Shown: piece after piece, positions 1 through 14,471 of the stretch
Numbering within the stretch: the stretch's first letter is position 1
How the letters are laid out: each line of letters opens with the position of its first letter
Source of the DNA: Octopus vulgaris
Taxonomy: Eukaryota
Assembly (NCBI GenBank): GCA_951406725.2
Contig: OX597821.1
Coordinates: forward strand, 114,266,001-114,330,000
Direction of reading: 5' to 3'
Length of the DNA: 64,000 nucleotides
Position numbers and translations under genes: made by a program
The notes under the pieces: generated by a model
What the model was told of the DNA's origin: nothing
The model's input: the letters and a program-made list of their open reading frames with translations, nothing else
The model's database searches: none

Positions 1-117
1 GAGAAATATAAAGGTCAAAGTCAAGACAACATTTTAGTAATGACAGACTAAAATTTATTGAATATTCTGCAGTATTATAACTGGTATCTCTTTTTATTAA
101 CTCTAATAAACATTAAT

Positions 118-316
118 CCTTTCTACTATAGGCACAAGGCCTGGAATTTGGGGGCAGGGGATAAGTCAATTACATCGACCCCAGTTCTCAACTGTTACTT
201 AATTTATCGACCACGAAAATGATGAAAGGCAAAGTCAACCTCGGCGGAATTTGAACTCAGAACCTACGCGAAGCATTTCGCCCTGCGTGCTAACGCTTCT
301 GCCAACTTACCGCCTT
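118..316 (-). mobile_element. SINE family A copy (tRNA-like head + Meta/MESC-like central domain)
   Basis: Reverse complement gives GGCGGTAAGTTGGCAGAA...GAGTTCAAATTCCGCCGAGGTTGACTTTGCCTTTCATC, shared with many copies in the window. Confidence 0.8.
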
Positions 317-1037
317 AACCCTAATAAACATTAATGACAAGGTGACCTCGTGACGATTTGAGCCAAGAGAACTAAATCAACCAAATTATCCTTCCGCTTT
401 TTTTTAATAGAAATGGATATGGCATAATTTAGCTGTGATTCTATCTTGGTTCTAATAGATCTGGTGACCAAATAGTGGTTTCCTTGACAACTCGTGACTG
501 TATCATATTTTTGGTTAGATATGAATTCACTTTAACTTGCCAAATGTTGACACGCATATAAATCTTTTCCACATGTCCTTTGCATTGATTTGTCTATTTT
601 TATTTTATTTTGCTTCATCTTCGTTCTTCATTTTAATCGCACTCAAACTGAACACTTTACATCATTTGTTTTCAATCCCGTTTTCTTTCAGCCAACCCGT
701 TTGCCAACTTCAGTTGCTCTTCATCCTTCGAATTCTTCACTTATTTTCTATTTAGTGATACGCTTAGTCTGTTTAATCCTTTAAATCGCCTCTTTTCTAT
801 TTTCATGTCTGCGGTAATTTTCTTTCATCGTACTCAACTTCACAATGTCAAGAGTGAAGAGAAGTATAACTTCCTGTAAGTTAAATATTTCCAGACGAAA
901 TCTTGCTGCCAGATGTAACATTGATCCAGTTTAAGACCTGTTCGAGAAAATCAGTAGGGAAAATCAGGATAATCGCGGCGTTAAGATGATCGCTCCGTGG
1001 CCATCACATGGAATTTTATACTTTCGCACGAGTCTCT

Positions 1038-1039
<2 letters not shown>

Positions 1040-1069
<30 letters not shown>

Positions 1070-3411
1070 ATTTGGCTCAAAAGCAAATAGCAAGGCCATG
1101 TAGGGGGACATGGAGTTAAGTACAGGGTGGTGTTCATGTAAAGAGTTCAGGCCACTTGAGGTCAGGGAGGCTTTGAACAAAGCGGTCGTCGGCATCTTCA
1201 CCATCTCGTCTGGCAGCTTGTTCCACGGATCCGCAACCCGGACGGAGAAAGCTCCTCTCCTTCGATTGAGATGAAATCGTCGCAGGTAGAGCTTTTCGGA
1301 ATGACCCCGCAGCCGACGCTCTGGAGCAGGAGTGAAGAACAGCTCTTTCGAGAGGTTACACTTCCGCTTATGATGTTGTGGGCGAGAATGAGATCACCAC
1401 GGCGGCGGCGTTTTTCAAGAGAATAAAGGTCGAGCGTCCTCAGCCTTTCTTCGTAGGACAAATTTTTGAGACCATGAACCATGCGGGTAGCCAGCTTCTG
1501 GACTCTTTCGAGATGCTGTATGTCTTTGAAGAGATAAGGAGAAGAGGCTTGAATCCCATACTCCAATATGGGTCTCACCAGCGTGACATAGAGTGGCAGG
1601 AATATGGCTGCTGTGAGCATTCCGAATGGCCGTCGAATCAAGAACAGAATTCCGCGTGCTTTGTTGGCAGCATGGACGCACTGGGCCGAAGGCGAAAAGG
1701 AGGAATCCACCAAGATACCTAGGTCCTTTACCTGATCGGTCCTCTCCAGCAGCAGACGACCCGGCTCGAAATCAAGTTGAGTTGCAGGAGTAGAGCCGAC
1801 AGGCAGATGACAGCACTTTGACACGTTCAGACACAGGTCCCAATTGTTAGACCACTTCCAAATTTGGTGGAGGCATCGACGAAGATCCTCTATATTACCG
1901 CGAGGAGCGACCAGTTTGATATCGTCGGCAAATAGAAGGGTGTGTTGCGTGAGGTCGTCGGGCAAGTCATTTATGAAGACTAAGAACAACAAGGGCCCAA
2001 GCACTGAACCTTGAGGCACGCCACTGCTCGCACTGGAGACGTCGGACCGCGAACCATTAACTTGGACTTGGAAGGAGCGATCTGAGAGGAAGGCACCAAC
2101 CCATCGTACAATATCCGGATGGAAACTATATGCTTGAAGCTTGACAAGTAATAGGCGGTGGTTTACCGAGTCAAAAGCTTTGGCAAAGTCCAATAAAACG
2201 ATGTCAACAGCATCACTATCATCGAGGATGCGCGTCACCAATTCTTCCATTACTAGTAGGTTGGTCAAGCATGATCTCTTCGGCACGAAGCCGTGTTGGG
2301 AATCAGAGATAGAGGCTGTGTTTAGGAGGTGGAGCATCATACTTTTCTTAAGGATGGTTTCGAACATCTTGCTGATAATTGATGTAAGGGAAACCGGTCG
2401 GTAGTTAAGCGGGTCTTCGCGGCTCCCTTTCTTGAAAATTGGGCAGATTATCGCTGTTCTCCAGTCTGCAGGTATAACACCCGTCGCCAATGACATATTG
2501 AATAGTCGTGTTAAGGGCTCGCAGATAACCGGAGCCAACGCTTTGATAACCCGTGGGTGTATGCCGTCAGGGCCGTGACCCTTGTTGACATCGAGACCTT
2601 GAATAACACGTTTGACTTCGTCTCGCGTGATGACCAATCGAAGCATTGGAGGTACCGATCTATCAAATGGAGGGGGTTCACGACCATCATCTTGTTTGAA
2701 AATAGTTGAAAAACCTCGGCAAATAATTGACTCTGTTGATAAGGGTCATCAATCGATACACCTGTTGAGTCTACCAACGTTGCAATCTGGTTGTTCAAGC
2801 GGGAATTCCGCTGGACATGGGCAAAGAAGGTTTTTGGATTGCTATGGCATTTGCCGCGATTTTGTATTCATAACTGAAGCGTTCTTTCTTTTCTATTTTC
2901 ACGGCTCGGTCTCGTTGAGTTTTGTACACCTCAAAAGCTGCAGTCGAATCCAGATTTTTGAATTCAGCCCAATAATATCTCTGAGTCGACGTTCTCGTTT
3001 AACCCTCTTCGTCACCCAGGGCTTGTGTTTCTTCCTCTTGGGAAGCCCAGCGGGAACTGCCTGGTCAGTCAAACAGATTACATATGCTTTGAGGGATGAC
3101 CATAGTTCGTCAACTGAGGACAACGTCATCAGGGATCGCCAGTCCAGAAGCGCGGAAGCCTCGGTTAGAATTTCAAGATTAATTGCAGAGAAGACTCTAC
3201 GTGGCAGCGAAGTAGTCGTGGGCGTAGAAAAGTTGTGTGCATGACGAACTTCAGGACCGCATGATCACTCTTGGCAAGAGGGGCGCACACAGATACGTCT
3301 GACACTGATCTTGGATAGCGGGAGAATACCAGATCTAGCATAGATGGCTGCTGCCCAGACCGATGCCTTGTCGGATATTCAACATGTTGCGATAGAAAAC
3401 AATCTTCAAGT
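1040..3411 (-). mobile_element. 5'-truncated CR1-clade LINE with (TAAC)n tail
   Basis: APE C-terminal remnant (LEDCFLSQHVEYPTR...LDLVFS...SDH), RT ORF, short 3'UTR and (TAAC)n tail at 1040-1069; near-identical second copy at 54519-55252. Confidence 0.93.
1134..3411 (-). pseudogene. Frameshifted CR1 ORF2 (endonuclease remnant + reverse transcriptase)
   Basis: ORF 1198-2646 has YRPVSLTS, QHGF, LDFAKAFDSV, SGVPQGSVLGPLLF, FADD, KDLG; frameshift near 1360 versus copy 2; further breaks upstream. Confidence 0.9.
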
Positions 3412-3590
3412 TAGAAAGTTGTTTCTAAAAATGATAAATTCGCAGATCGATACAGTGTTTCTAGATCTTCATTGTCTCATCTTGGACAGATCTCTCTGTC
3501 TTACTTAAATCCTCAATAACAAAGATGAAATCACTACACAAAATTAAAACATGTTCATCTGCTCCTCTTTTCACTGCATACAAAGACATT

Positions 3591-4250
<660 letters not shown>

Positions 4251-4279
4251 TCTTCTATACACAGTCATACACACCCGTG

Positions 4280-4384
<105 letters not shown>

Positions 4385-4925
4385 AACAAGTTGTTTATAT
4401 TTGCCTATACAAACTGTGTTAGCTAAAATTTATAGATATATTTTGAAGTATAGTACTTCAAACGATGCATAGTATAGTACTGAAACGATGCATTGTTAAT
4501 AGGCCAGTAATCTATTTATTGATCTACCTGTCAAATAATGCGTTAAATATGCAAATTGGTCAATTCGATTTAGTTGAGCCGTCACTAATAGTATTATTAT
4601 AAGCACTATCTTTGTAGACAATTAAAAAGGGTAGTTGTTTGCTGATAACATCCTGAAACTAAGTTGTGTCAGTTATCTATGTTTGAATGTCTTCAGCTTA
4701 AAAATCTATACATGTATATATACACATGTAAATATTCGCCAGCTCAAATGAAAGTTTGTAAGATATTATTTTGAGAAATAACAACTGGATCTTCCTCAAA
4801 CGAAGCCCTATTGTCTATGCAGCATGAGTAAGCGAAAGGTGTTAAAAGACGTGCTTAAGAAGTCAAACCTTTACTTTAATCTTATTTGCTCTCATTTCTC
4901 TACCGTTCTGTCTATCTCTCTCAAG

Positions 4926-4997
4926 CCAACAAAGCCTGCCTTCTTTCGAGAATGTCTAGAGAGCATTCCTCTATGGAACCTAAACTGACACTTGAAG
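4926..4997 (+). other. Possible 72-nt symmetric (phase 1-1) exon
   Basis: Long pyrimidine tract + AAG acceptor, open frame NKACLLSRMSREHSSMEPKLTLE, donor AAG|GTGAGG; no homology recognised. Confidence 0.2.
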
Positions 4998-5612
4998 GTG
5001 AGGCTTTAGTATCACCTTGATGGCTTGTTGATGGCTCAGAATATTTCATGATGTTAGCAAACGACCGAAGAAGAGGTTTATGGACACATTCTACCCACCT
5101 TTAGTACTGTTCTCATCGCAGGATAGATTTCGCTGGACCCTTTCATCTACTGTGTACGTTTGTGTGCATGTGTGCGTGCGTGCGTGTGTGTATTCCGATG
5201 TTCAACAAAATTCTTATCGACGTGGATTAAGTAATTCTGTCGCACCATACATCAGGGCGATTCATTACCTTTGTGTCGGGAACATACCGCTAAGTATATT
5301 CTTAATTGATGATCACATGGGCCGGTACCAAACCATTTCGGAAGAATAAGTTCGATAGTTGTTACATCCTATAACACTTCCGTTAACACTGCAATGTATT
5401 TGGCACATAAATCACTTTTAACGATGGAGATTCCATATGGAAATGTTAAATGTGATAAAGATTTCTGTTATAAATATGATAAAGATGTCTGATGCAGATT
5501 AGGCTTCTCTATCTACAAATATTTTCTTCAGAATGTCTAACAAAGACATATTTACGTTTGAGCTTTCATTAGAAGCACATAGTACACATGTGTGCGCGTG
5601 TGTACCCATGTA

Positions 5613-5646
<34 letters not shown>

Positions 5647-5738
5647 GAATAAATATTACGAGTGCGCATACACTCGTATTACTTCTTTTGTCTCTCACTT
5701 TCTCTGTCTGTCATTTTTTCTCTCTTTTTTTCCCTCTC

Positions 5739-6199
<461 letters not shown>

Positions 6200-6867
6200 A
6201 GGGAGAGAAATGAAGCTAGAGAATGAGAATGAATGATAAATTATACTCCATTCTAGGTTATCATAATTCTAATACCAGTTATGTAGATATGTTTGTACAA
6301 TCTTTTAATGATTTTCACATGACATCTACTGGCCTGCTTTTACTTGCGATAATTAACGAGATAATTCAAAATTTCTCTTGCATTACGTTCTTTTTTTTTT
6401 TTTACTCTATAAAACATTGCTTTTGCTTATAGTCTGTTTCCCTACTAGAAGTAAATATGCCTTGATAGACTCCAAATTCCATGTAAATTTAGCTTCATTA
6501 ATCTTGTAGTACAACTTCAAAAAGCATTCATTTTTAACTTTGCATTTAAAAAAAAAAAGTCCATTTCCAAGCGATGAGGAAAAATGCTGATACGAAGCTT
6601 CGAACTTTTTTTTTTTTTTGCCTTGTTTGATCAAATTTAGCTGTTACATATGTCAAACACGTGGTTAGCAACTAAATTGGCGAAGATGTTATTTTTCAAG
6701 TCTTTTTTTTTTTTTGCTTTTTTTTTAAAATACACCTTCGAATGTAGGCGTTAAAATGTTCTCGTTTCGATGTTGGAATTTCATTTTAACCAGTTATGTG
6801 GAAACACCCGTAAAAAAAAAAACGTTGAATAACAAATGCAGGATCAGTAATTGAACGGTGTCATCTC

Positions 6868-6871
<4 letters not shown>

Positions 6872-6947
<76 letters not shown>
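6872..6947. repeat. (TAA)n tract at the 5' junction of the R4/Dong element
   Basis: Direct reading. Confidence 0.95.
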
Positions 6948-6949
<2 letters not shown>

Positions 6950-8464
6950 ACTTGAAGGCCTAATGCGCACCGTGAAAGCATTCAGCGATGACATCGGGAT
7001 GGAGTTTGGACTTGAGAAGTGTGCCAAGGCCACTTTCCAGAAAGGGAAAGTGAAGACCACAAATTCAGTCGTGTTAGATGTTGACACAGTCATAAGAGAG
7101 CTTGAGCAAGAACAGACATACAAATATTTAGGGATAAATGAAGGCTCTGGTATTCAGCATGCAAGCATGAAAGAGAAAATCAGGAAGGAATGTTATAGGA
7201 GAGTTCGTGCAGTCCTGAAATCTGAACTAAATGCACGTAACAAGGTGTTAGCTATAAATTCCTTAGCAGTTCCAGTTGTTACTTATAGCTACAATGTGTT
7301 GAACTGGAATATGAGTGAAGTAAAGAATATAGATAGAAAAATACGCAAGCTGCTGAGTTGTAATAGGATGCACCACCCAAAGGCAGACGTAGATCGCCTT
7401 TACCTTCCCAGAGCCCAAGGAGGTCGAGGCCTGATCCAATTTGAACTAGCTTACAAAACAACCACAATTGGACTGGCCAAATATCTCGAAATATCGAATG
7501 ACTGGATGCTAAAGCTCGTGGAAAATCACGAGAGACGAAAGAAGCTTCATTCTATCATCAAGGAAAGCAAAAAATTTGCTATTGATCTCGTGCAGGATAC
7601 CCAAACTGAACAACCCGAGGGAGAAGTACGGCAACTATTGTTGCAAAGAAGGTGAAAATGATGGCAATGAAAAAAGCGCACGAGCAATTGGCTGATAGGT
7701 GGGAGGAGAAACCTCTGCACGGCAAATATGTGACCCGCAGCAAACAAGCTGATGTTGACCAGAAGCAAACCCATCAGTGGCTGCGGAGCTCAGGGCTAAA
7801 AGCAGAGAGCAAAGGTTTCATCCTGGCTGCTCAAGACCAAAGCCTATTAACCCGGAACTACCAGGCCAATGTGATGAAAAATGGAGCAAACCCAAAATGC
7901 CGATTCTGCAACGACATGATTGAAACAGTGGACCACCTAATCTCTGGATGTAAAGTCTTAGCACCAGTGGAGTATAAATTAAGACATGACAGAGTTGGCC
8001 AATATCTCCACTGGCTAATAAGTCGGCATTACAATATCAAAACTGCCGACAAGTGGTATAATCACCACCCTGAGGCTGTAACTGAAGGAGAAAATGTAAC
8101 CATTCTGTGGGACTTTCCAGTACATACAGACCAAACCATCAAGGCCAATAAACCAGATATTGCTGTGAAAGACCAAAACAATAAAGTTTGCTTATTGATC
8201 GACATGAGCATCTCCTGTGATCATAATATCTCAGCGAAAGAGTTTGACAAGCTCAGAAAATATAAAGACCTACTCATTGAAATTGAGAAAATGTGGCATC
8301 TCAAGGCGGTTACAATACCAGTGATCGTAGGAGCACTAGGAATGATCAAGAAGGGAACCGAAAATTATATGAGAATGATCCCTGGCTTACCATCCCTGCA
8401 AGAAGTGCAAAAGATTGTCTTAACTGGTACATCACACGTATTGAGAAGAGCATTGTCGATGTGA
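6948..8464 (+). pseudogene. R4/Dong ORF (RT thumb, Zn knuckle, RLE) with one frameshift near 7620
   Basis: ORFs 6858-7655 and 7652-8464 are consecutive pieces of one protein. Confidence 0.88.
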
Positions 8465-8647
8465 GAACTGTTGCTCCTCATGTATTTTAATCTAACTTTA
8501 AAAAATAAAAAAAAAATTTAAAAAAATGAACGAACTTCTGAGTTTGGTTTAATGGCCTACCAATATACACTATGAGTTTCTTTGCCCTAGGAGTCGGGAA
8601 GACACTCGGCAAGAAATGGAAGAAAATTTTAAAGAAGGAAAAAAAAA

Positions 8648-8648
<1 letters not shown>
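6948..8648 (+). mobile_element. 5'-truncated R4/Dong-clade non-LTR retrotransposon inserted in (TAA)n
   Basis: RT C-terminus (FGLEKC, YKYLG), CCHC knuckle CRFC-ETVDHLISGC, RHD motif, RLE KPDI...IDMS...KxxKY, PVIVGALG; (TAA)n on both sides. Confidence 0.92.
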
Positions 8649-8689
<41 letters not shown>

Positions 8690-8841
8690 TATTTTTATGT
8701 ATTAGACATTCACTAGTACAACACCAAAAAAAAAAAAAACCCAAATATATGGCACAGAACTTCCAACCTGTTGTCTCTTGAGGTCTCTGGGTGAGATTTG
8801 GAGCCAACTTGTACAGACATAAAGCAAAAGTCAAACATAGA
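8690..8841 (+). mobile_element. Probable 3'UTR end of a second R4/Dong-like family
   Basis: Bounded by (TAA)n; GAGGTCTCTGGGTGAGA motif resembles CCTAGGAGTCGGGAAGAC in the upstream element's 3'UTR. Confidence 0.5.
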
Positions 8842-8854
8842 ATAATAATAATAA

Positions 8855-9317
8855 TAAAGATGGGCTACACCAAATATTCTGCTCAATACCAGAGATTTGC
8901 TTATCAGTTGTTTGACCTTAACCAGTTGAGCATGTTCCTTACTGGCTGACGATATGTGCATCTCTGATCACGAGCAGAAGTAGTGGGGGAGCATCATAGC
9001 CATCTGTTGAGAGGGATTCTTTGGGGTTTGAATAATTCACCTCTGGAAACATGGGTGTTTCGTTCAACATCCTTAAACAACCCTTATTCAGGGACCTTTT
9101 GAGCAGGATGGGTTACTCGACCAGAAGAAAATTCTAACTGGGCCCCACCTGCAAGGTCATGTGCTGTTTATCTTAATATGACATCACCATGTCGCGCACA
9201 TATGATTGTGATGCATGTGCCTAGTGTACCCTTATCAGACGGGTAGTCATGATGGGTATACTGGGCTTCGTATATTTTACCCCAGTGTCACTTTGATGGC
9301 TTGCACTGCTCTCTCAC
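8855..9317 (+). mobile_element. Non-coding TAA-associated element, copy 1 (5'-truncated)
   Basis: Matches 36697-37239, 49683-49940 and 50487-51047; between (TAA)n and (TAG)n. Confidence 0.85.
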
Positions 9318-9318
9318 A

Positions 9319-9336
9319 TAGTAGTAGTAGTAGTAA

Positions 9337-9412
<76 letters not shown>

Positions 9413-9419
9413 CGTTGTT

Positions 9420-9476
<57 letters not shown>
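9319..9476. repeat. (TAG)n microsatellite
   Basis: Direct reading. Confidence 0.95.
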
Positions 9477-9477
9477 A

Positions 9478-9832
9478 TGATATTGAAAAGCAAAAAATAT
9501 AATCCCTTAAACTGGATGAAAAACAAAGAAAAATAATATAGTCCCTTAAATTTTGAAATTACAAGAATTTGGAGTATGAAAAATGTAAAATTGTGCCTGT
9601 AATAATTGGTGCATTGGGAACTGTGAGTAAAAATATAGAGAAATGGTTGAAGGAGATTGGAATAGAATGTCCTGCAGAGCCTCTACAGAATGTTTACTCC
9701 TTAGGGACATGAAGGATTATCAGGAGAGTCTTAGGCACTTGAAAGACTATTGAAAGCTTGTGGATGCCAAAGGTTGCAGGTAGTAACTCACTACCCACAT
9801 AAATTCTACTAAAAACGACCATGAGCCAAATC
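9478..9832 (+). mobile_element. Degraded 3' end of a third R4/Dong-like family
   Basis: With frameshifts translates to EITRIWSMKNV..VPVIIGALGTVSKNIEKWLKEIGI...RIIRRVLG; ends in (TAA)n 9833-9907. Confidence 0.8.
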
Positions 9833-9909
<77 letters not shown>

Positions 9910-10271
9910 TGATATAGGTTTTGCAGTCATTTCCGTATGCTTGTCATTCAATTTCATAACTGAGTCTTTCAAAGTCGCGAAAAAATTAGCGCCATGAAGT
10001 TAAAATTCATTAAAATTCTTTCTTTGGTCATTCAATTTCGCACTTCGGTCAAAGAATTTAGCATTAACATCATTCAAATTAAAATGTCCGTTGAGAGCAT
10101 TCAAATGAGTCGGAATACGCGGAAGCGTCTTCTCGAGCATTCAAATTCGCACATGAACACTCGAGTTCGGAATAAGTTTATTCAATTTAGCACTAATTTT
10201 TTTCAAGTGTGTTTTTACTCACATTCTAAGAAGTGAATGTTAAAAATCACAAATTTAAATGACGGATCAGT

Positions 10272-10565
10272 CTGAGACTACTGCCTCCCTACACGCCGTT
10301 TCTTAATTGTACGGAAACGGCACATTCTGCCTTTAAGGCGGTCGTCAGGCAGGACCTCGCTAGAGCTGAGTTGTAGCAAAGGGTTGGCGACCGGACAGCT
10401 GCAGAAAAAGCCGGCATAACCACGGAAGAACGGCGAGCACATGTCAGACAACAGGTCGCTAGGCGTAACATCGACGCTATCACTCCAGAAAATTGTGTTC
10501 GTTAGTATAGACACACCCAGACCTACTTCCCGAGATGCCTCGACCGCCAGGAAATGGACGGCTAA
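10272..10565 (+). pseudogene. C-terminal remnant of a DDE_3 (IS630/Tc1-like) transposase
   Basis: LRLLPPYTPFLNCTETAHSAFK...ITPENCVR*YRHTQTYFPRCL resembles LPPYSPxLNPIE; two in-frame stops. Confidence 0.75.
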
Positions 10566-10801
10566 ATCCTCTCAAACAAACTCTCCTTATCAAGATTGTA
10601 AATCAATAATTATCTGAGTGTATATAGCACCCTTTCCCCGATGAAAGAGAAAATACAAAATCAAAGAAATATATACTTTTCCCAACAAGACATATTGGCA
10701 AAGAAAGAATACATATCACAACATAATGTATTCAGAATCAAAGAAAACGAGCATTTGTTGTAATTGTTTCTTTAAAAAGATCGAAAAGCTGGAATGCGAT
10801 T

Positions 10802-11145
10802 TCGTGGCACCTTGGGCAAGTGTCTTCTATTATAGCCTCGGGCCGACCAAAGCCTTGTGAGTGGATTTGGTAGACGGAAGCTGAAAGAAGCCCGTTGTAT
10901 ATATGTATATATATATGTGTGTGTGTGTGTGCATGTTTGCGTGTCTGTGTTTGTCCCCCTAGCATTGCTTGACAACCGATGCTGGTGTGTTTACGTCGCC
11001 GTCACTTAACGGTTCGGCAAAAGAGACCGATAGAATAAGTACTGGGCTTACAAAGAATAAGTCCCGGGGTCGATTTGCTCGACTAAAGGCGGTGCTCCAG
11101 TATGGCCGCAGTCAGAGGACTGAAACAAGTAAAAGAGTAAAAGAG
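10802..11145 (+). mobile_element. SINE family B copy (5'-truncated, internal TA/TG microsatellite)
   Basis: GGCACCTTGGGCAAGTGTCTTCT...GGATTTGGTAGACGGAA...ACTGAAACAAGTAAAAGAG shared with 22785-23195 and 23547-23920. Confidence 0.85.
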
Positions 11146-11482
11146 AGAGAGAGAATACCTATGTAAAAATAAAAGAATTCACAGAAAAGACATGGGCAGA
11201 ATAGAATGCTTAATGCGTAAACAATGGATGAAAACACATGATTATGATAACAATGAGATAAAACCAAAATAGCTATCGTGCTAATTTGATTGTTCGAAGT
11301 GTTACATAGATTGCTCTGAAGCGAAATTGAATGCTCGTAAAGACGCTTCCTCGCATTCCGACTATTTTCAATGCTCTGGGCGAGAATTTTAATTTGAATG
11401 ATGTAAACGATAAGGTCTTTGACCGAAGTGTGAAACTGAATGATCGAAAAACGAATTTTATGCATACATGTGTGCGTTTGCG

Positions 11483-11862
11483 TGTATGTATGTATGTATG
11501 TATGTATGTATGTATGTATGTATGTATGTATGTATGTATGTATGTATGTATTCATGTATGTATGCATGTATGTATGTATGTATGTATGTATGTATGTATG
11601 TATGTATTCATGTATGTATGCATGTATGTATGTATGTATGTATTCATGTATGTATGCATGTATGTATGTATTCATGTATGTATGCATGCATGTATGTATG
11701 TATGCATGCACGTATGTATGTATGTATGTATGTATGTATGTATGTATGTATGTATGTATGTATGTATGTATGTATGTATGTATGTATGTATGTATGTATG
11801 TATGTATGTATGTATGTGTGTGTGTGTATGGATGGATGGATGGATGGATGGATGGATGGATT
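11483..11862. repeat. (TATG)n/(GATG)n microsatellite
   Basis: Direct reading. Confidence 0.95.
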
Positions 11863-11874
11863 AATGAAAAACAA

Positions 11875-12241
11875 AACCCGTCAAAGGGCAGAGGAACTCT
11901 TGAGAGTCAATGGCCATCCAATGTCTTAAGGCTGTATCATGCGCGGGGACATAGAAATAATCGCGCGGTTAAACCATTGGGTGTGAAGGACTCCTAGCCT
12001 TTGTTAGGGCATCCTTCTAGGAGTAGGTAACTCAGGTAACTGAGATAACTCCGACATAAAACCTGTTCTTCTTTGTTCTTCTTTTCGGATTATGGCTACT
12101 GTTGCTTAGTAAGTGGGGTTGACTCAGTGCACAGCCTTTCCTCACTTTAAAAAAAATCTTCTTGCACAGGCATTGCACGATAACAGCATTGATTAAGCTT
12201 CGTGCAATGGCCATACTCGATAACGAGGGGGCCGCCACCAT
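11875..12241 (+). mobile_element. Possible bipartite non-autonomous RTE-related element with (TATG)n tail
   Basis: GGGCATCCTTCTAGGAGTAGGTAACTC resembles an RTE 5'UTR motif (recalled, not searched); ends directly in (TATG)n. Confidence 0.4.
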
Positions 12242-12685
12242 GTATGTATGTATGTATGTATGTATGTATGTATGCATCTGTGTATGTATGTATGTAAACA
12301 TGTGTGTGTATGTATATGTGTGTATGTGTATGTTTGTATATGTGTGTGTGCGCCCGCGCGTGTGTATGTATATTGGAAACTGAATCTCTTCCCCCCACCC
12401 CCCGGTCACATTCGGTAATCTTTCAAACGACTGAGAAAATGTCTTTCTCTTCTTCTCTTTCCCTCTCTCTCTCTCTCTGTTACTTTCTCCCTCCATCATT
12501 TACTTTCTCTTTCTCTGAGTTTATGCACGCGTTTTTTCTACACATGTATATATACGCGTGCGTGTGTGTATATGTATGTATGTGTGTGAGAGAGACACAC
12601 ACACATACATATACATATATAATAAGAATGATTGATGGACATAGATATTTGATTATGTCTACACACACCACGCTCACACGCACGC

Positions 12686-12708
12686 ATATATATATATACA
12701 TATATATG

Positions 12709-12800
<92 letters not shown>

Positions 12801-12804
12801 CATA

Positions 12805-12854
<50 letters not shown>

Positions 12855-12858
12855 TATG

Positions 12859-12934
<76 letters not shown>

Positions 12935-12938
12935 TATG

Positions 12939-12997
<59 letters not shown>

Positions 12998-13044
12998 CAT
13001 ACATATATATATATACATACATATATACATATATACATACATAC
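12686..13044. repeat. (TA)n-based compound microsatellite
   Basis: Direct reading. Confidence 0.95.
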
Positions 13045-13908
13045 GTAGATGTAATCTCTTTTTCAGTGTATTTGTTATACATAACCTTCTTCTTCTTCTT
13101 CTTCTTCCTATCCAGTTAAGTGTCTGTGTGTAATGTTAGTCCCCCTGCTGTGTATTACTTCATTGGTATTTAGTCTGCATATATTTTTGTTGTTGTTGCT
13201 ATAGAGCACTAGTTAACATTCCGTCTGTGTATTTGAACGATGTATATTACGATACCAACATATGTCATTTTCCTGGTTTCCAAGCATCGAAGAGTGTGAA
13301 ATAATATAATTACAAATGCAGTGTAGTGTATATAAGTTACAGCGCCTGTATACGTGTCTAATAACTGTATATATGTTATTCGTGCAATTGCATATATCAA
13401 TGACTCGATTGCAAGTCCGTACAGCAAATGGTAGAGATTATTTTTACTTCTCTAAAAACACTGAATGAAAAATAAGAAAGCACCGAATATCCTATGATGC
13501 TGAGAAAAGATATACGATTGATGAAATGTATTTAGGAACATAGCGACGCCAATGCAGAGACAGATAAAACTCTGTTTCGTTTGATACCAACGAAACTATT
13601 TCTGAAGACAAGTGTGCTAATGAAGAATGAAAGACGGCGACGCAAAGACGTCAGCAGAATAGACTGAACCCTGTTTGTGAGACTGAAGAACAAATGAGAG
13701 ATGTGAAGGAAATGAAAGGATATTTCGACACCTATGAAATGACAGCAATGTTTTTGGAGATGAAAAGAAATAATAAAGACGATGGCTACCAGGAGATTAT
13801 TACAGAAATTCTGTTTCAAGTTTGAAAGTTAGAATTAGTTTTATAATAACTATTTCTATACATTAAGCAGGGTTTTTTAAAATAAATGATGTTATTTAAA
13901 CTGTATAA

Positions 13909-14355
13909 AGGCGGTAAGTTGGCAGAATCATTACAGCACCGGACTGAACGCTTAGTGGCATTTCGTCCGTCTTTACGTTCTGAGTTCAAATTCCACTTTG
14001 GTCGACTCTATTTTTCATCCTTTGAGCACTGGGGTCGATGTAATCGACTTGCCCCGCTTTCCCAAAATTTATTCATCTACTCAAGGAGAGTGGTTTAGCA
14101 AAATCGTAAGAGCTTTGGACAAAATTCTTAATGGCACTTCTTCGGGCTCTTTGCATTCTGATTTCAAATGTCACCGAAGTCGACTTTATTTTTCATCCGT
14201 TCGACTTTGATAAAAAAAAATGTACCAGTTGAACTCTGGGGTCGTGGTAATTAACGTCGGACGAAATGCTTCACGGTCTGAACCACCGAAGTTGAATTTG
14301 CCTTTCATCCTTTCGAGGTTTATATCATAAGTACCAGTTGAATACTGGGGTAGAT
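13909..14355 (+). mobile_element. Cluster of three decayed SINE family A copies
   Basis: Recurrent GAGTTCAAATTCC / TTTGCCTTTCATCC / GTACCAGTT / CTGGGGTCGA segments. Confidence 0.7.
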
Positions 14356-14471
14356 GTAACGTAGATTTAATGTAGTTTAGATAAAGTGTTTTGATATGAA
14401 ACACCGTTCACTTATTCTCTTGTGTGATGTTATTGCCTACGACGTGTGCTATGATATATAAGATATGGTAA

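Larger units (their letters stand above)
10011..11460 (+). mobile_element. Internally deleted IS630/Tc1-like DNA transposon with ~140-bp inverted repeats
   Basis: 10011-10150 aligns without gaps to revcomp 11321-11460 (about 115/140 by hand count); encloses a transposase remnant. Confidence 0.7.

Noticed and set aside
537-875. Possible minus-strand exon after TTAACTTACAG
   Set aside because: All frames stop within about 30 codons; no recognisable product
2612-3244. 210-aa plus-strand ORF and other ORFs antisense to CR1 (1378-1722, 54667-55188)
   Set aside because: Shadow frames of the LINE ORF2
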